Origin: Bryobacteraceae bacterium
GTDB lineage: Bacteria > Acidobacteriota > Terriglobia > Bryobacterales > Bryobacteraceae
Length of the DNA: 64,000 nt
NCBI GenBank assembly: GCA_052325345.1
Contig: JBKQVG010000251.1
Location: 1-64,000, forward strand
Reading direction: 5' to 3'
The notes under the pieces are model-generated. The model saw only the letters and a program-made list of their open reading frames with translations, had not been told where the DNA came from and did no database searches. Shown piece by piece: positions 38,804 to 48,410 of this stretch. The position numbers and the translations under genes were made by a program. How positions within the stretch are numbered: position 1 is the first letter of the stretch; every line of letters begins with the position of its first letter.

Positions 38804-41452
38804 CTACTCGTCCCGCAAAACTCTGGCCGGATCAATGCGCGCCGCGGCCTGGGCCGGCACCATGCAGGCCAGTGTGGCGACTAATGTCAGCGTCACCGCC
38901 ACGGCCGCCAGCGTGAGGCCGTCGGATGCCGTCACGCCAAAGAGCAGGCTGCGAACCAACCGTCCGGCGGCGAGGGCGGCCGCGACTCCCGACGTCAGTC
39001 CCAGCACCACCGGCCGTAGGCCCTGATAGAGAACTAGGCGGCGCTCTTGGCCGGTGCGCTCACCCAGCGCCACGCGAATGCCCAACTCGCGCCGCCGCAG
39101 CGCAATGCCGTACGCCACCACTCCGTAAATCCCCACCGCGGCCAGCAGCATGGCCGCCATGCCGAAGCCGATTGCCACGTTCATCTGTAAGCGCCGCCGA
39201 GCCACCGTTTCGTCTACAAGCTGGCCCATGGTGCGCATTTTCGGCGCCAGCAGCCCCGGGTCGATTGCCATCAGGGTGCGCCTCACTTCCCGCGGCAGAG
39301 CGTCGGCCGCCATGGAAGATCGCACCACCAGGTCCGCCGCCCACGGCACGCGTTTCCAGATCGGCACATAAACAATCAGGGTGGGGTCGCGATCCAGTTG
39401 CACATTATGAACGTCGGCCACTACCCCCACAACCTGGACGCGACCCACGTCCGAACCGGTCGTCAACCATCTGCCCAGCGGATCCTGCCCCGGCCACAGC
39501 TTCGCCGCCAGGCGCTCGGAGACCACCGCCACGTTGCGGCCGCGGTCACCGGCGCCGATGGCGCGGCCGCGGCGCAGCGGGATGCCGAGAGCGGCGAAAT
39601 AGTCCGGGCCCACGAAACGCACGTTGATCATCACCAGTTGCCGGCCGTGGTCGACCGCCTCGGAGCCCATACCGTCCAGGGTCACGCCGTTCACCTGGGA
39701 TTCGCCGGTCAAGGGGATTGCGTCGACAACTCCAACCGAGCGGACGCCGGGAAGAGCGCGCAAGCGATCGGCGGCCATGTCGAAAAATGCAGCGCGGTCT
39801 TTGGCGTCCTTGTAGCGCCGCGGCAGTTGCACGTGGACGTCCAGCGCCCGGTCGTCGGTAAATCCGCGATCCACGTGCAGCACGTTCCACAGGCTCGTCG
39901 TCATCAGCCCGGCCAACACCAGCAGCAGCGTGCTGAGCGCGACCTCGGCGCTCACCAGCCACTCGCGCAAATGTATCCCGCGCCGGCTGCCGGCCAGGTT
40001 AGGGCTTTCGCCGCGCAAGGCTGTCTGCGGGTCGGTGTGCGATAGGCGCAGCGCCGGCAACAAGCCGAAGAACAAGCCGCAGCCGAGCGACAGAAGAAAC
40101 GCGAAGGCCCACACGCGCGCGTCGACCCGCACTTCATCGAGGCGCGGCAAATCCACGGGCGCCGTGCGCGCGAACGCCTCCAGCGCGGCCCGCGCCGCCA
40201 TTACCCCCAGCAGCCCGCCGGCTCCCGCCAGCAGCAGCGTTTCCACCAGCGCCGAGACTACCAGCCTGGCGCGACCGGCGCCCAACGCAATCCGCAGCGA
40301 ATACTCGCGCGCGCGCGAGCTCGCCCGCGCCAGCACCAGGTTCGCCAGGTTCACGCATACCATCAGCACCAACAGCATCACCGCCGCCAGCAGCACCGTG
40401 AGGCTGGCCTTCACCGGCGCCGCGATGACCTCCTGCAGCGGGCGCAGCTGGGCGCTAAGGGCGTATCCCAAACCGTGCTCGGCCGCGATTCGTTTCTCCA
40501 GCAGGTTCAGCTCGGCGTTGGCCGCCGCCCGGGTGACGCCGTGGCGCAACCGCCCCAGCACCAGGTAATCGTAATCGCCGCCCCAACCGCTGTTCGGCGA
40601 TTGCATGATCTGAAAAGCCTCGGTATTGTCGGCGAGCCGCGACAGAGGCCACAGGTCGTCCTTCTTCGGGAAGCGGAACGAGGCGGGCAGCACGCCGATT
40701 ATGGTTTCCCTGGAGCCGCCGTCCAATTGAACAGTCTGGCCGACAATCGACGGCGAAGCGCCAAACCGCCGGTGCCAGAGCCCGTCCGTGATCACCATGA
40801 CCGCGCTGTTTGAGGGCGCTTCTTCTTCCGCTCGGAACGTCCGGCCGAGCTGCGCCTGCACGCCCAGCATCTCGAACAGGTTGGCCGAAACCGCCGCCGC
40901 GCCTACCGCTTCCGGCTCGCCGCCGCTCATGAGCGGCACCCTTCGCGGGGAAATCAGGGCCAGTCCCTCGAAGGCCCGCGAATGTTCGCGCCAGAACCGA
41001 TAGTGCTCGTAGTTCACCGGCAGGGTGGGATAAATGTGGGCCAGCGCAGGGAGGATTTCCCGCGCCATCACCAGTTCTCCCGGCTCGCGGTACGTCAGCG
41101 GCTTTAGCACCACCGTATTGACCAGCGAAAACAGCGCCGTGGCCGCGCCCGTACCGAGCGCCAGCGAGAGCACGGCTACGATCGTGAATGCCGGCGTGCG
41201 CGCCAGCGTGCGCAGGGCGAAGCGGAGGTCCTGCCGCAGCGTGTCCCAACCGGGGAGCCAAACCGCGCGGGCCTCTTCGCGCGCCCGCGTCAGGCTGCCG
41301 AACGCTACCCGCGCCTGCCGTTCCGCTTCCGGCCGCCCATCCGCGTCTTCCACGGCGAGCGCCAGGTTCGCTCGCAATTCCTCATCCAGCTCCCGCGCGC
41401 GTCTTTGGCGCCGGCCTGGCAGCAGCAACAGCAATCGGCGAAGCCAGAACAT
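38804..41452 (-). CDS. ADOP-family duplicated MacB-like ABC permease
   Basis: N-terminal charged leader (RRARELDEELRANLALAVED...) followed by LRQDLRFALRTLARTPAFTIVAVLSLALGTGAATALF. Two MacB_PCD/FtsX halves. Ends IDPARVLRDE. It lies 4 nt downstream of padR. Confidence 0.85.
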   Translation of the reverse strand: MFWLRRLLLLLPGRRQRRARELDEELRANLALAVEDADGRPEAERQARVAFGSLTRAREEARAVWLPGWDTLRQDLRFALRTLARTPAFTIVAVLSLALGTGAATALFSLVNTVVLKPLTYREPGELVMAREILPALAHIYPTLPVNYEHYRFWREHSRAFEGLALISPRRVPLMSGGEPEAVGAAAVSANLFEMLGVQAQLGRTFRAEEEAPSNSAVMVITDGLWHRRFGASPSIVGQTVQLDGGSRETIIGVLPASFRFPKKDDLWPLSRLADNTEAFQIMQSPNSGWGGDYDYLVLGRLRHGVTRAAANAELNLLEKRIAAEHGLGYALSAQLRPLQEVIAAPVKASLTVLLAAVMLLVLMVCVNLANLVLARASSRAREYSLRIALGAGRARLVVSALVETLLLAGAGGLLGVMAARAALEAFARTAPVDLPRLDEVRVDARVWAFAFLLSLGCGLFFGLLPALRLSHTDPQTALRGESPNLAGSRRGIHLREWLVSAEVALSTLLLVLAGLMTTSLWNVLHVDRGFTDDRALDVHVQLPRRYKDAKDRAAFFDMAADRLRALPGVRSVGVVDAIPLTGESQVNGVTLDGMGSEAVDHGRQLVMINVRFVGPDYFAALGIPLRRGRAIGAGDRGRNVAVVSERLAAKLWPGQDPLGRWLTTGSDVGRVQVVGVVADVHNVQLDRDPTLIVYVPIWKRVPWAADLVVRSSMAADALPREVRRTLMAIDPGLLAPKMRTMGQLVDETVARRRLQMNVAIGFGMAAMLLAAVGIYGVVAYGIALRRRELGIRVALGERTGQERRLVLYQGLRPVVLGLTSGVAAALAAGRLVRSLLFGVTASDGLTLAAVAVTLTLVATLACMVPAQAAARIDPARVLRDE

Positions 41453-41456
41453 GGGG

Positions 41457-41801
41457 TCACTCCGTAACCGGTTTGGGATGCAGAATCAGCGCCACGGCAT
41501 CCACGAATTCTTCCCACCGCGAAACCTCGGCCTCCAGGCGCTTCTTCCCGTCTGCTGTGAGCCGGTAAATCCGCGTGCGGCGCCCGCCCTCGGAGACCTC
41601 CCACGTGCCGGTCAGCAAGCCCTGCAATTCCAGGCGCTGCAACGCCGGGTAGAGCGAGCCCGCCTCCACATGGATCGCCGAATCCGTGGTACGGCGAATC
41701 GCTTGCGCGATCCCGTAGCCGTGCAGCGGCGCGTGCGCCAGGGTGCGCAGAATCAGCATATCCAGGGTCCCTTGTACGAATTCGATTCGCGAGCGCTTCA
41801 T
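41457..41801 (-). CDS. PadR-family transcriptional regulator
   Basis: The start is moved to M50 (41801): MKRSRIEFVQGTLDMLILRTLAHAPLHGYGIAQAIRR...GSLYPALQRLELQGLL...RRTRIYRLTADGKKRL. Confidence 0.9.
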   Translation of the reverse strand: MKRSRIEFVQGTLDMLILRTLAHAPLHGYGIAQAIRRTTDSAIHVEAGSLYPALQRLELQGLLTGTWEVSEGGRRTRIYRLTADGKKRLEAEVSRWEEFVDAVALILHPKPVTE

Positions 41802-41804
41802 GGG

Positions 41805-41828
41805 TATATAGATAGCCAATATATAGAT
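41805..41828. promoter_or_regulatory. AT-rich 9-nt direct repeat just upstream of padR (candidate promoter/operator)
   Basis: tatatagat occurs at 41805-41813 and at 41820-41828 (15-nt period), starting 4 nt upstream of the padR start in an otherwise GC-rich context. Confidence 0.35.
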
Positions 41829-42319
41829 CGTCAAGCCTATAGACGACCTGAGTAAAAAAAAGTTAGCGGTTGCCGGCTCCCAACGGCTCCGGCAACGGGT
41901 TTGGGTGCGAGATTGGGTTCGTTCCATTTTGAGTTCTTTTATTTTCAACGAATTAGTGGGTTCGTTTTCGCAAATGTATCCGGCGGGCGGGAGGGCCCCT
42001 GGCAGGTGAAGTGAAAGCAGCGTTGGCCGGCGAAAGAAGAATGCGTCGCGACGACATCCAGTATCCCGCCAGCAGGATACAACAAGGGTTGGACGGGCGG
42101 CATACGAAGCACTTTGTTTTCAGCGGGAAAATAGGTGTGACTGCCCGGCGCCGGTTTCCATGCCGGGGAACGGCCGCCGTCCTCAAGGCGGGTGACAGCG
42201 CTACTTGACAACCGATTGCTACTGTTGAGCCGTTGATTTTGAAGCCTGCAAAGAGATCCAGTTGATTTATGCAACTGATTTGCAGTAACATTCCGTTTCA
42301 GTCAATGGAGTCCTAATCT

Positions 42320-45300
42320 ATGAAACGCAGTCTTCTCAACACGGCGAACCTCATCGGGACCTGGTTGGCCGCTTCCGTGATGGCGCTCGCGTGCGCGGCC
42401 GCTGCCGATGGCGGCATCGCCGGCACCCTGGCCGATCCCAGCGGCGCGCCGGTGCCCGGCGTAGAGGTGGTAGCGGTAGCAAGTGCCGCTGTTGCAACGA
42501 AAGGAACGGCCACGACCGATGCCGAAGGACATTTCCGAATCGACGGCTTGCCGGCCGGAACTTACCAGGTTACCGTGCGCCAACCCGGATTCCGGACCGA
42601 ACGTCTGGAGGGCGTGGAAGTCCGCGATGGCCGGACGGCGCGCGCCGATATCGGGCTAGAGCTGCTTTCCCGCAACGACGCAGTGGTGGTGACCGAGTCC
42701 TTGTCGCGCGTTGATGCAACCGAGATGCAAATGGGGGAACCCGTCACGGCGGCCGCGGCGACTGCCGCGCCGGTTGCCAGCCGCAGTTACACCGACATGC
42801 TGGCGCTCGAGCCGGGCGTGGTCCCGGTCAGTTCGCAGCAGCCCAACGCCGTGGTGATGTCGGGTTGCACCAGCACGCCTCCTTCGGGCGATCTCAATCC
42901 CGGCAGCTTGTCCATCAACGGCCAGCGCGAGACCGGCAACGGATTTTACGTCAACGGCAACCCCGCCCAGGAGGACTTCAACATGGGCGCGGCGGTGGTA
43001 CCCAACCTGGATTCCATTCAGCAACTGCGCGTGCTGACCAATACGTTCGACGCCGAGTACGGAAACTTCAGCGGCGGCCAGGTGCTGGTCTCGACCAAAT
43101 CGGGCAGCGGCGAATGGCACGGCAGCGCCTTCGAGTTCTTGCGCAATACGGACCTCGATTCCCGCAACTTTTTCGCGTCCAGGCGGGCCCGCTTTCAACG
43201 CAACGAGTTCGGCGGCACACTGGGCGGCCCGCTCCGCAAAGAATCCCTGTTCTTCTTCGCCGATTACCAGGGAACGCGCCTGAAGCAGGGCGTGGATACC
43301 GGGCTGATCCCGGTCCCCTCGCTTGCCAACCGGGCCGGGGATTTCTCCGATTTGGCCGGCACCCTCACGGGAACCGTCAGCGGGCCGTATTGGGCCAACC
43401 TTCTTTCCCAAAAGCTGCACTATGGCGTGACGGTGGGCGAGCACTACTACTTTCCGGGCTGCTCGGACCCCGCCGACTGCGTCTTGCCCAATGCCCGCAT
43501 CCCGCAATCCGCCTGGGCGGCGCCGGCCGAAGCTCTGCTTCCATACGTACCGGCGCCCAACGCCGGAACCAACCTCTTTGAAACCTCGGCTTACAACCAA
43601 ACCCTGGGCGACGACAAAGGCTCGCTGCGCCTCGATGCCAACACACGGCGCGGAACCGTCACCGCCCACTATTTCGCCGACCATTACCGCCTGGACAATC
43701 CTTACCCCACCGGCCAGGGCGGCGCCAGCGTACCCGGCTTCAACGCCACTTCGGTGGGCACTACGCAGATGGCGACCCTGGGATGGACCAGCACGTTCGG
43801 GAGCAGCGCCGTCAACGAGCTTCACGCCGGCTATTTGCGCGACGCCAATAACATCGGCCAACCGGTTGGGGGCGTCGGCCCGTCGCTGGCCTCGCAGGGA
43901 TTCACCGGCATCGTGCCCTTGGCGCCCAAGATTGAAGGCATCGAAAACGTGGCTTTCAACGATTTCACCATCGGCGTGGATACCACCGGCGTGGTTCAGG
44001 CCAACAATACCTACCAGTGGTCCGATCAGTTCTCCAAGACCGCCGGCAAGCACCTGCTCAAGTTCGGCGGCGGCATGCATTTCGACCAGGTGAACATCAA
44101 TCCCGACGCCATCTACAACGGCTCGTTCCTGTTTCAGGGCAGCGAAACGGGAGTGGACTTCGCCGATTTTCTGCTCGGCATCGCCAGCAGTTATTCCCAG
44201 GGTGATTCACAGGCATTCTATCTGCGCAACATTTACGCGGGCTGGTTCGCCCAGGATAGTTGGCGGGTACGGACCGGTCTCACCATCGACCTGGGGCTCC
44301 GCTGGGACCTGCTGCCGCCGTGGCGGGAGAAGTATAACCAGTTACAAACCCTGGTTCCAGGCCAACAATCGGTTGTCTACCCCGGCGCGCCGGCCGGGCT
44401 GGTTTTCCCGGGCGACCCCGGCATCCCGAGTACCCTGGCGCCGGCCGGCCGCGCCAATTTCGCTCCCCGGCTGGGCTTGGCCTGGGCCCGCGGCAAGACG
44501 ACTTTGCGTCTCGGCTACGGCATCTTCTATACGGCGTTCGAGGGGCTGTCCGCGGGCATTATGAGCGCCAATCCGCCGTATGGCTACGACTACGACAGCC
44601 TGGCTCCGCCCCTGTTCACCAATCCCTTCATCGGCGCTTCGGACGGAACCAACGTGGGGCAACGTTTTCCGGAGCCGAATCCCGCACTCGGCGCTTCGGC
44701 GGCGCATCCCAACGGCAGCGTCGATTGGTCCCAGTATCTGCCCATCACCGGGGTGCCCTCCTTCTTCCACGGCAACGTGACACCACGCAGCGAAAGCTAC
44801 GTGATTTCGCTCGATCGGGAACTGGCGCCCGGCACGGTGGCGAGCGTCCGCTACGCCGGCTCTCAGGCGCACCATCTGCTGGTGCTGATCTCCGCCAATC
44901 CGGGAGATCCCGCGCTCTGCCTCAGCCTTAGTCAACCGGCGGAAGTGGCGCCGGGCACTTCGACCTGCGGCCCCTTTGGCGAAAGCGGGGTCTATACTCG
45001 CGCGGATGGAACCGTGGTGGAAGGAACGCGAACCGGGTTTCCCCCTCAGTTCGCCGCCGTCACCTACCAGAAGACCATTGGAAACTCCAACTTCAATGCG
45101 CTCGAAGCCACCCTGCGGCACTCGCGCGGGCCGCTGGAATTGCTGGCCGGATACACCTACGGCAAGTCGCTCGATCAATCGTCGAGCCTGTCGGAGGCGG
45201 TGAACCCGCTCAATCCAAGCCTGAGCCGGGCGCTTTCGGCCTTCGACCTGCGCCACAATTTCGTGGCCAGCGGGGACTGGAAACTGCCGCTCGGCTTCAG

Positions 45301-45766
45301 CGTCTCCGCCATCGCCCGCTTCAGCACCGGCCTGCCGGTTACCCTGTACAACAACAACGATACTTCGTTGTTGGGAACGATTCCGAACGGGATCAACAAT
45401 AACGGCGTCGATACCCCGGATGTTCAGCCCGGAAACCTGGAGGTGAATACCAATCCGCGCAACAGCCGGGCGGCTTTCCGAACCGCTCTTTTCAGCCTGC
45501 CTCAACTGGGGGAAACCGGAACCGCTGCGAGGCGCTCTTTCTACGGACCGGGCATGGCCAATGTGGACCTGGCGCTGCACAAGACCGTGAAGCTTTCGGA
45601 GCGGCGGACACTGGAACTGCGGGCGGAGGCGTTCAACGCTTTCAACCACGCGCAGTTTTTCGGCGCCGCGGCGGTGGACGGCAATATCGCCAGCTCCGGT
45701 TTCAGCCGGATCGTCGGCGCACAACCACCCCGGCTGGTACAGTTGGCGGCTAAGTTCGCCTTCTGA
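42320..45766 (+). CDS. TonB-dependent outer-membrane receptor with N-terminal carboxypeptidase-regulatory-like domain
   Basis: Signal peptide. CarboxypepD_reg domain (GIAGTLADPSGAPVPGVEVV...TDAEGHFRIDGLPAGTYQVTVRQPGF). Plug-like region (SINGQRETGNGFYVNG). Long beta-barrel ending in ...VQLAAKFAF (terminal aromatic residue). Confidence 0.85.
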   Translation: MKRSLLNTANLIGTWLAASVMALACAAAADGGIAGTLADPSGAPVPGVEVVAVASAAVATKGTATTDAEGHFRIDGLPAGTYQVTVRQPGFRTERLEGVEVRDGRTARADIGLELLSRNDAVVVTESLSRVDATEMQMGEPVTAAAATAAPVASRSYTDMLALEPGVVPVSSQQPNAVVMSGCTSTPPSGDLNPGSLSINGQRETGNGFYVNGNPAQEDFNMGAAVVPNLDSIQQLRVLTNTFDAEYGNFSGGQVLVSTKSGSGEWHGSAFEFLRNTDLDSRNFFASRRARFQRNEFGGTLGGPLRKESLFFFADYQGTRLKQGVDTGLIPVPSLANRAGDFSDLAGTLTGTVSGPYWANLLSQKLHYGVTVGEHYYFPGCSDPADCVLPNARIPQSAWAAPAEALLPYVPAPNAGTNLFETSAYNQTLGDDKGSLRLDANTRRGTVTAHYFADHYRLDNPYPTGQGGASVPGFNATSVGTTQMATLGWTSTFGSSAVNELHAGYLRDANNIGQPVGGVGPSLASQGFTGIVPLAPKIEGIENVAFNDFTIGVDTTGVVQANNTYQWSDQFSKTAGKHLLKFGGGMHFDQVNINPDAIYNGSFLFQGSETGVDFADFLLGIASSYSQGDSQAFYLRNIYAGWFAQDSWRVRTGLTIDLGLRWDLLPPWREKYNQLQTLVPGQQSVVYPGAPAGLVFPGDPGIPSTLAPAGRANFAPRLGLAWARGKTTLRLGYGIFYTAFEGLSAGIMSANPPYGYDYDSLAPPLFTNPFIGASDGTNVGQRFPEPNPALGASAAHPNGSVDWSQYLPITGVPSFFHGNVTPRSESYVISLDRELAPGTVASVRYAGSQAHHLLVLISANPGDPALCLSLSQPAEVAPGTSTCGPFGESGVYTRADGTVVEGTRTGFPPQFAAVTYQKTIGNSNFNALEATLRHSRGPLELLAGYTYGKSLDQSSSLSEAVNPLNPSLSRALSAFDLRHNFVASGDWKLPLGFSVSAIARFSTGLPVTLYNNNDTSLLGTIPNGINNNGVDTPDVQPGNLEVNTNPRNSRAAFRTALFSLPQLGETGTAARRSFYGPGMANVDLALHKTVKLSERRTLELRAEAFNAFNHAQFFGAAAVDGNIASSGFSRIVGAQPPRLVQLAAKFAF

Positions 45767-45911
45767 TTCGACTTTTTCCTTGCGGGTTTCCAAGCCGATG
45801 CGCCATATTAAAAATGGCGTCATCTGTAAAGCCGTGTAGAGCGCATTGGCAGTACCGACATTGAGCGTCCGAATGCGCGCTCGGGCTTTCTCCTGACGCG
45901 AGGGACGTTCG

Positions 45912-47156
45912 ATGGCGGATAACTTCCTATTCTTCACCGAATTGATGGGAATGCCGGTGCTGGACCTCAAGGGCCAGCGCATCGGCCGTGTCAAGGACGC
46001 CGCCCTGGTGCCGCGTGAAAACGCCTCCCGCATCGCCCGTTTTCTGGTGGGCGGGGGCGACGCCTGGCTCAGCGTCCGCTACGATCAGGTCCGCACGATT
46101 TCGCTGGACCGGGGGATTACCCTGGCCGACGAGCAGCTCACCCCCTACCACGAGGACGAATTCCTGCTGCGCATCGCCCGCGACCTCCTCGACCAGCAGA
46201 TTATTGACGTCACCGGACGAAAGGTGGTTCGGGTCAACGATCTCACCATGGATATCCGCCAGGAGGAAGGGCGCGACACGCTGGTCGCGCTAGACGTCGA
46301 CATCGGCATCCGCGCCATCCTCCGCCGCCTGCTGCAGGGCGCCCTGCCGCCGCGCTGGATTCGCCGCCTGCAGAGGAGCCTGCCGCCGAATTCGATCCGC
46401 TGGGAATTCTGCAACGTGGTGGAACCGGACCCGTTGCGCCGGCTGCGCCTCAATATTTCGTATGCGCGCCTGGAAAGCCTGCACCCTGCCGACCTGGCCG
46501 ATATTGTCGAGGAATTAAGCCCCGCCGAGCGCGAAGCCATTTTCGAAACCCTGGACACCGAAGTGGCCGCCGATGCGCTCTCCGAGGTAGATCCCAAGAT
46601 GCAGGTCAGCATTCTGGAGTCGCTGGAGCCCGAAAAGGCGGCCGATATCGTGGAAGAAATGGCGCCCGACCTGGCCGCCGATGTGCTCTCCGAACTGGAG
46701 GAGGAAACCAGCGAGGAAATCCTCGATGAAATGGACAGCGAGCCGAAGACCGAGGTGCGGGAACTGCTGGAGTTCGAAGAGGACACGGCGGGCGGCATGA
46801 TGAACACCGAATTCGTGGCCCTGCCGGAGAACGCCTCGGTGGCCGACGCGGTGGCCTCCCTGCGCTCCTACGAAGATGCCCTGGAATCGCTCAATACCCT
46901 GTTCCTGGTGGATCCCGAGGAGCGGCTCACCGCCACCGTGCCGCTGGCCCGGCTGTTTGTGGCCGAAAGCGGCGCGCGGCTGAAGGACCTGGCCAGCGAG
47001 ACCTTGATCCAGGCGCACGTGGACGAGCGGCAGGAGCACGTGACGGAATTGTTCGACAAGTACAACCTGCTGGCGTTGCCGGTGGTGGATAACGACGGCA
47101 AGCTTTCCGGCGTTATCACCGCCGACGACATCATCTCCGTGCTAAGGCAGAAGTGA
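45912..47156 (+). CDS. Soluble MgtE-like cytoplasmic module: PRC-barrel-like repeats plus MgtE N domain plus CBS pair, with no membrane domain
   Basis: The N-terminus has two PRC-barrel-like units (MGMPVLDLKGQRIGRVKDAAL..., IIDVTGRKVVRVNDLTMD). MgtE_N acidic helices (LHPADLADIVEELSPAEREAIFETLDTEVAADALSEVDP...EKAADIVEEMAPDLAADVLSEL). CBS pair (GGMMNTEFVAL...LPVVDNDGKLSGVITADDIISVL). The stop is 3 nt before the transporter gene. Confidence 0.8.
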   Translation: MADNFLFFTELMGMPVLDLKGQRIGRVKDAALVPRENASRIARFLVGGGDAWLSVRYDQVRTISLDRGITLADEQLTPYHEDEFLLRIARDLLDQQIIDVTGRKVVRVNDLTMDIRQEEGRDTLVALDVDIGIRAILRRLLQGALPPRWIRRLQRSLPPNSIRWEFCNVVEPDPLRRLRLNISYARLESLHPADLADIVEELSPAEREAIFETLDTEVAADALSEVDPKMQVSILESLEPEKAADIVEEMAPDLAADVLSELEEETSEEILDEMDSEPKTEVRELLEFEEDTAGGMMNTEFVALPENASVADAVASLRSYEDALESLNTLFLVDPEERLTATVPLARLFVAESGARLKDLASETLIQAHVDERQEHVTELFDKYNLLALPVVDNDGKLSGVITADDIISVLRQK

Positions 47157-47159
47157 CGG

Positions 47160-48404
47160 ATGCGGAAACTCCTGGGGAAGTTCCGCTACCAGATCGTGCT
47201 GTTCTTCGCCGTGATCGGCCCCGGCTTCATTACGGCCATGGTCGACAACGACTCCGGAGGCATTTATACCTACTCCGCCGCGGGGGCCAAGTACGGTTAC
47301 CTTCCGCTGTGGACGCTGGCGCCCATCACGGTGCTGCTGATCATCGCGCAGGAGATGTGCTCGCGCATGGGCGCGGTCACCGGCAAGGGACTGTCGGACC
47401 TGATTCGCGAGGAATTCGGACTGCGCATCACGTTTCTGACCATGGCGCTGCTGGTTTTCGTGAACCTGACCAACGTGATGAGCGAATTCGCCGGGGTGGC
47501 CAGCTCGCTCGAACTGTTCCACGTGAGCCGCTACATTTCCGTGCCGCTGGCGGCCGTCGGCGTATGGCTGCTGGTGGTGCAGGGGACGTACAAGAGCGTG
47601 GAGAAGATTTTTCTGTTTGCCTCCGTCCTGTACATCACCTACATCATTTCCGGCTTCCTGGTGAAACCGGATTGGAAGGAAGCCGCGATCTACAGCGTGA
47701 AGCCGGTGATGATGCTCGATTCCGGCTACATCTACATGCTGATTGGCATGGTGGGCACCACCATCGCGCCCTGGATGCAGTTCTACCTGCAATCGGCGGT
47801 GGTGGAGAAAGGCGTCTCGGCCAGGGAATACGCCGCTTCGCGGGTGGAAGTGGTGGTGGGCTGCATCATGACCAACGTGATCGCGTTCTTTATCATCGTG
47901 GCCTGCGCCGGAGCCATCTACCGCGTGGCGCCGAGGGATATTCAGGACGCCAAGGAGGCCGCGCTGGGCTTGAAGCCGTTCGGGCAATACGCGTTCCTGC
48001 TTTTCAGCGCGGGCCTGTTCAACGCCTCGATTTTCGCCGCCAGCATCCTGCCGCTCTCCACCGCCTATTCGGTCTGCGAAGGCCTGGGGTTCGAGGCCGG
48101 GGTGAACTTCCGGCTGCGGGAAGCGCCGATATTCTATTTCCTCTATACGGCGCTGATCGCGGTGGGGGCGGGCGTGGTGCTGGTCCCCAATTTCCCGCTG
48201 GTGCGCATGATTCTGCTCTCCCAGGTGCTGAACGGCGCGCTGCTGCCCGTGGTGCTGATCTTCATGGTGCTGCTGATCAACCGCAAGGACCTGATGGGCG
48301 AATGGATCAATCCGCCCTGGTACAACCTGGTGTCGTGGATCTCGGTGGCCATCGTGGTGGGATTGACCCTGGCGTTGACGGCGATCGGTTTGAGGGGGAT
48401 GTAG
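47160..48404 (+). CDS. Nramp-family transporter with Nramp-related magnesium transporter (NRMT)-type binding-site residues
   Basis: Nramp fold signatures. TM1 is GPGFITAMVDNDSGGIYTYSAAGA (canonical DPGN replaced by DSGG). TM6 is GMVGTTIAPWMQFYLQS (canonical A..MPH replaced by T..APW). About 11 hydrophobic segments. Confidence 0.85.
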   Translation: MRKLLGKFRYQIVLFFAVIGPGFITAMVDNDSGGIYTYSAAGAKYGYLPLWTLAPITVLLIIAQEMCSRMGAVTGKGLSDLIREEFGLRITFLTMALLVFVNLTNVMSEFAGVASSLELFHVSRYISVPLAAVGVWLLVVQGTYKSVEKIFLFASVLYITYIISGFLVKPDWKEAAIYSVKPVMMLDSGYIYMLIGMVGTTIAPWMQFYLQSAVVEKGVSAREYAASRVEVVVGCIMTNVIAFFIIVACAGAIYRVAPRDIQDAKEAALGLKPFGQYAFLLFSAGLFNASIFAASILPLSTAYSVCEGLGFEAGVNFRLREAPIFYFLYTALIAVGAGVVLVPNFPLVRMILLSQVLNGALLPVVLIFMVLLINRKDLMGEWINPPWYNLVSWISVAIVVGLTLALTAIGLRGM

Positions 48405-48410
48405 AAGAGC

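Noticed and set aside
41854-41896. Rho-independent terminator on the minus strand (hairpin GTTGCCGG...CCGGCAAC followed by T8)
   Set aside because: A 7-nt gap lies between the stem and the T run. No minus-strand gene ends upstream of it. It is kept only as part of the leader-region observation.
41950-42319. Cobalamin (or other) riboswitch upstream of the TonB-dependent receptor
   Set aside because: I could not find the B12 box or the conserved GCCACUG-type core. Only loose GGGAA/GGTG similarities are present. It needs a covariance-model scan.
45767-45911. M-box (Mg) riboswitch upstream of the MgtE-like sensor / NRMT operon
   Set aside because: The intergenic region is only 145 nt. It contains one hairpin (GATGCGCCAT-attaaaa-ATGGCGTCATC) but nothing I can align to the M-box core.
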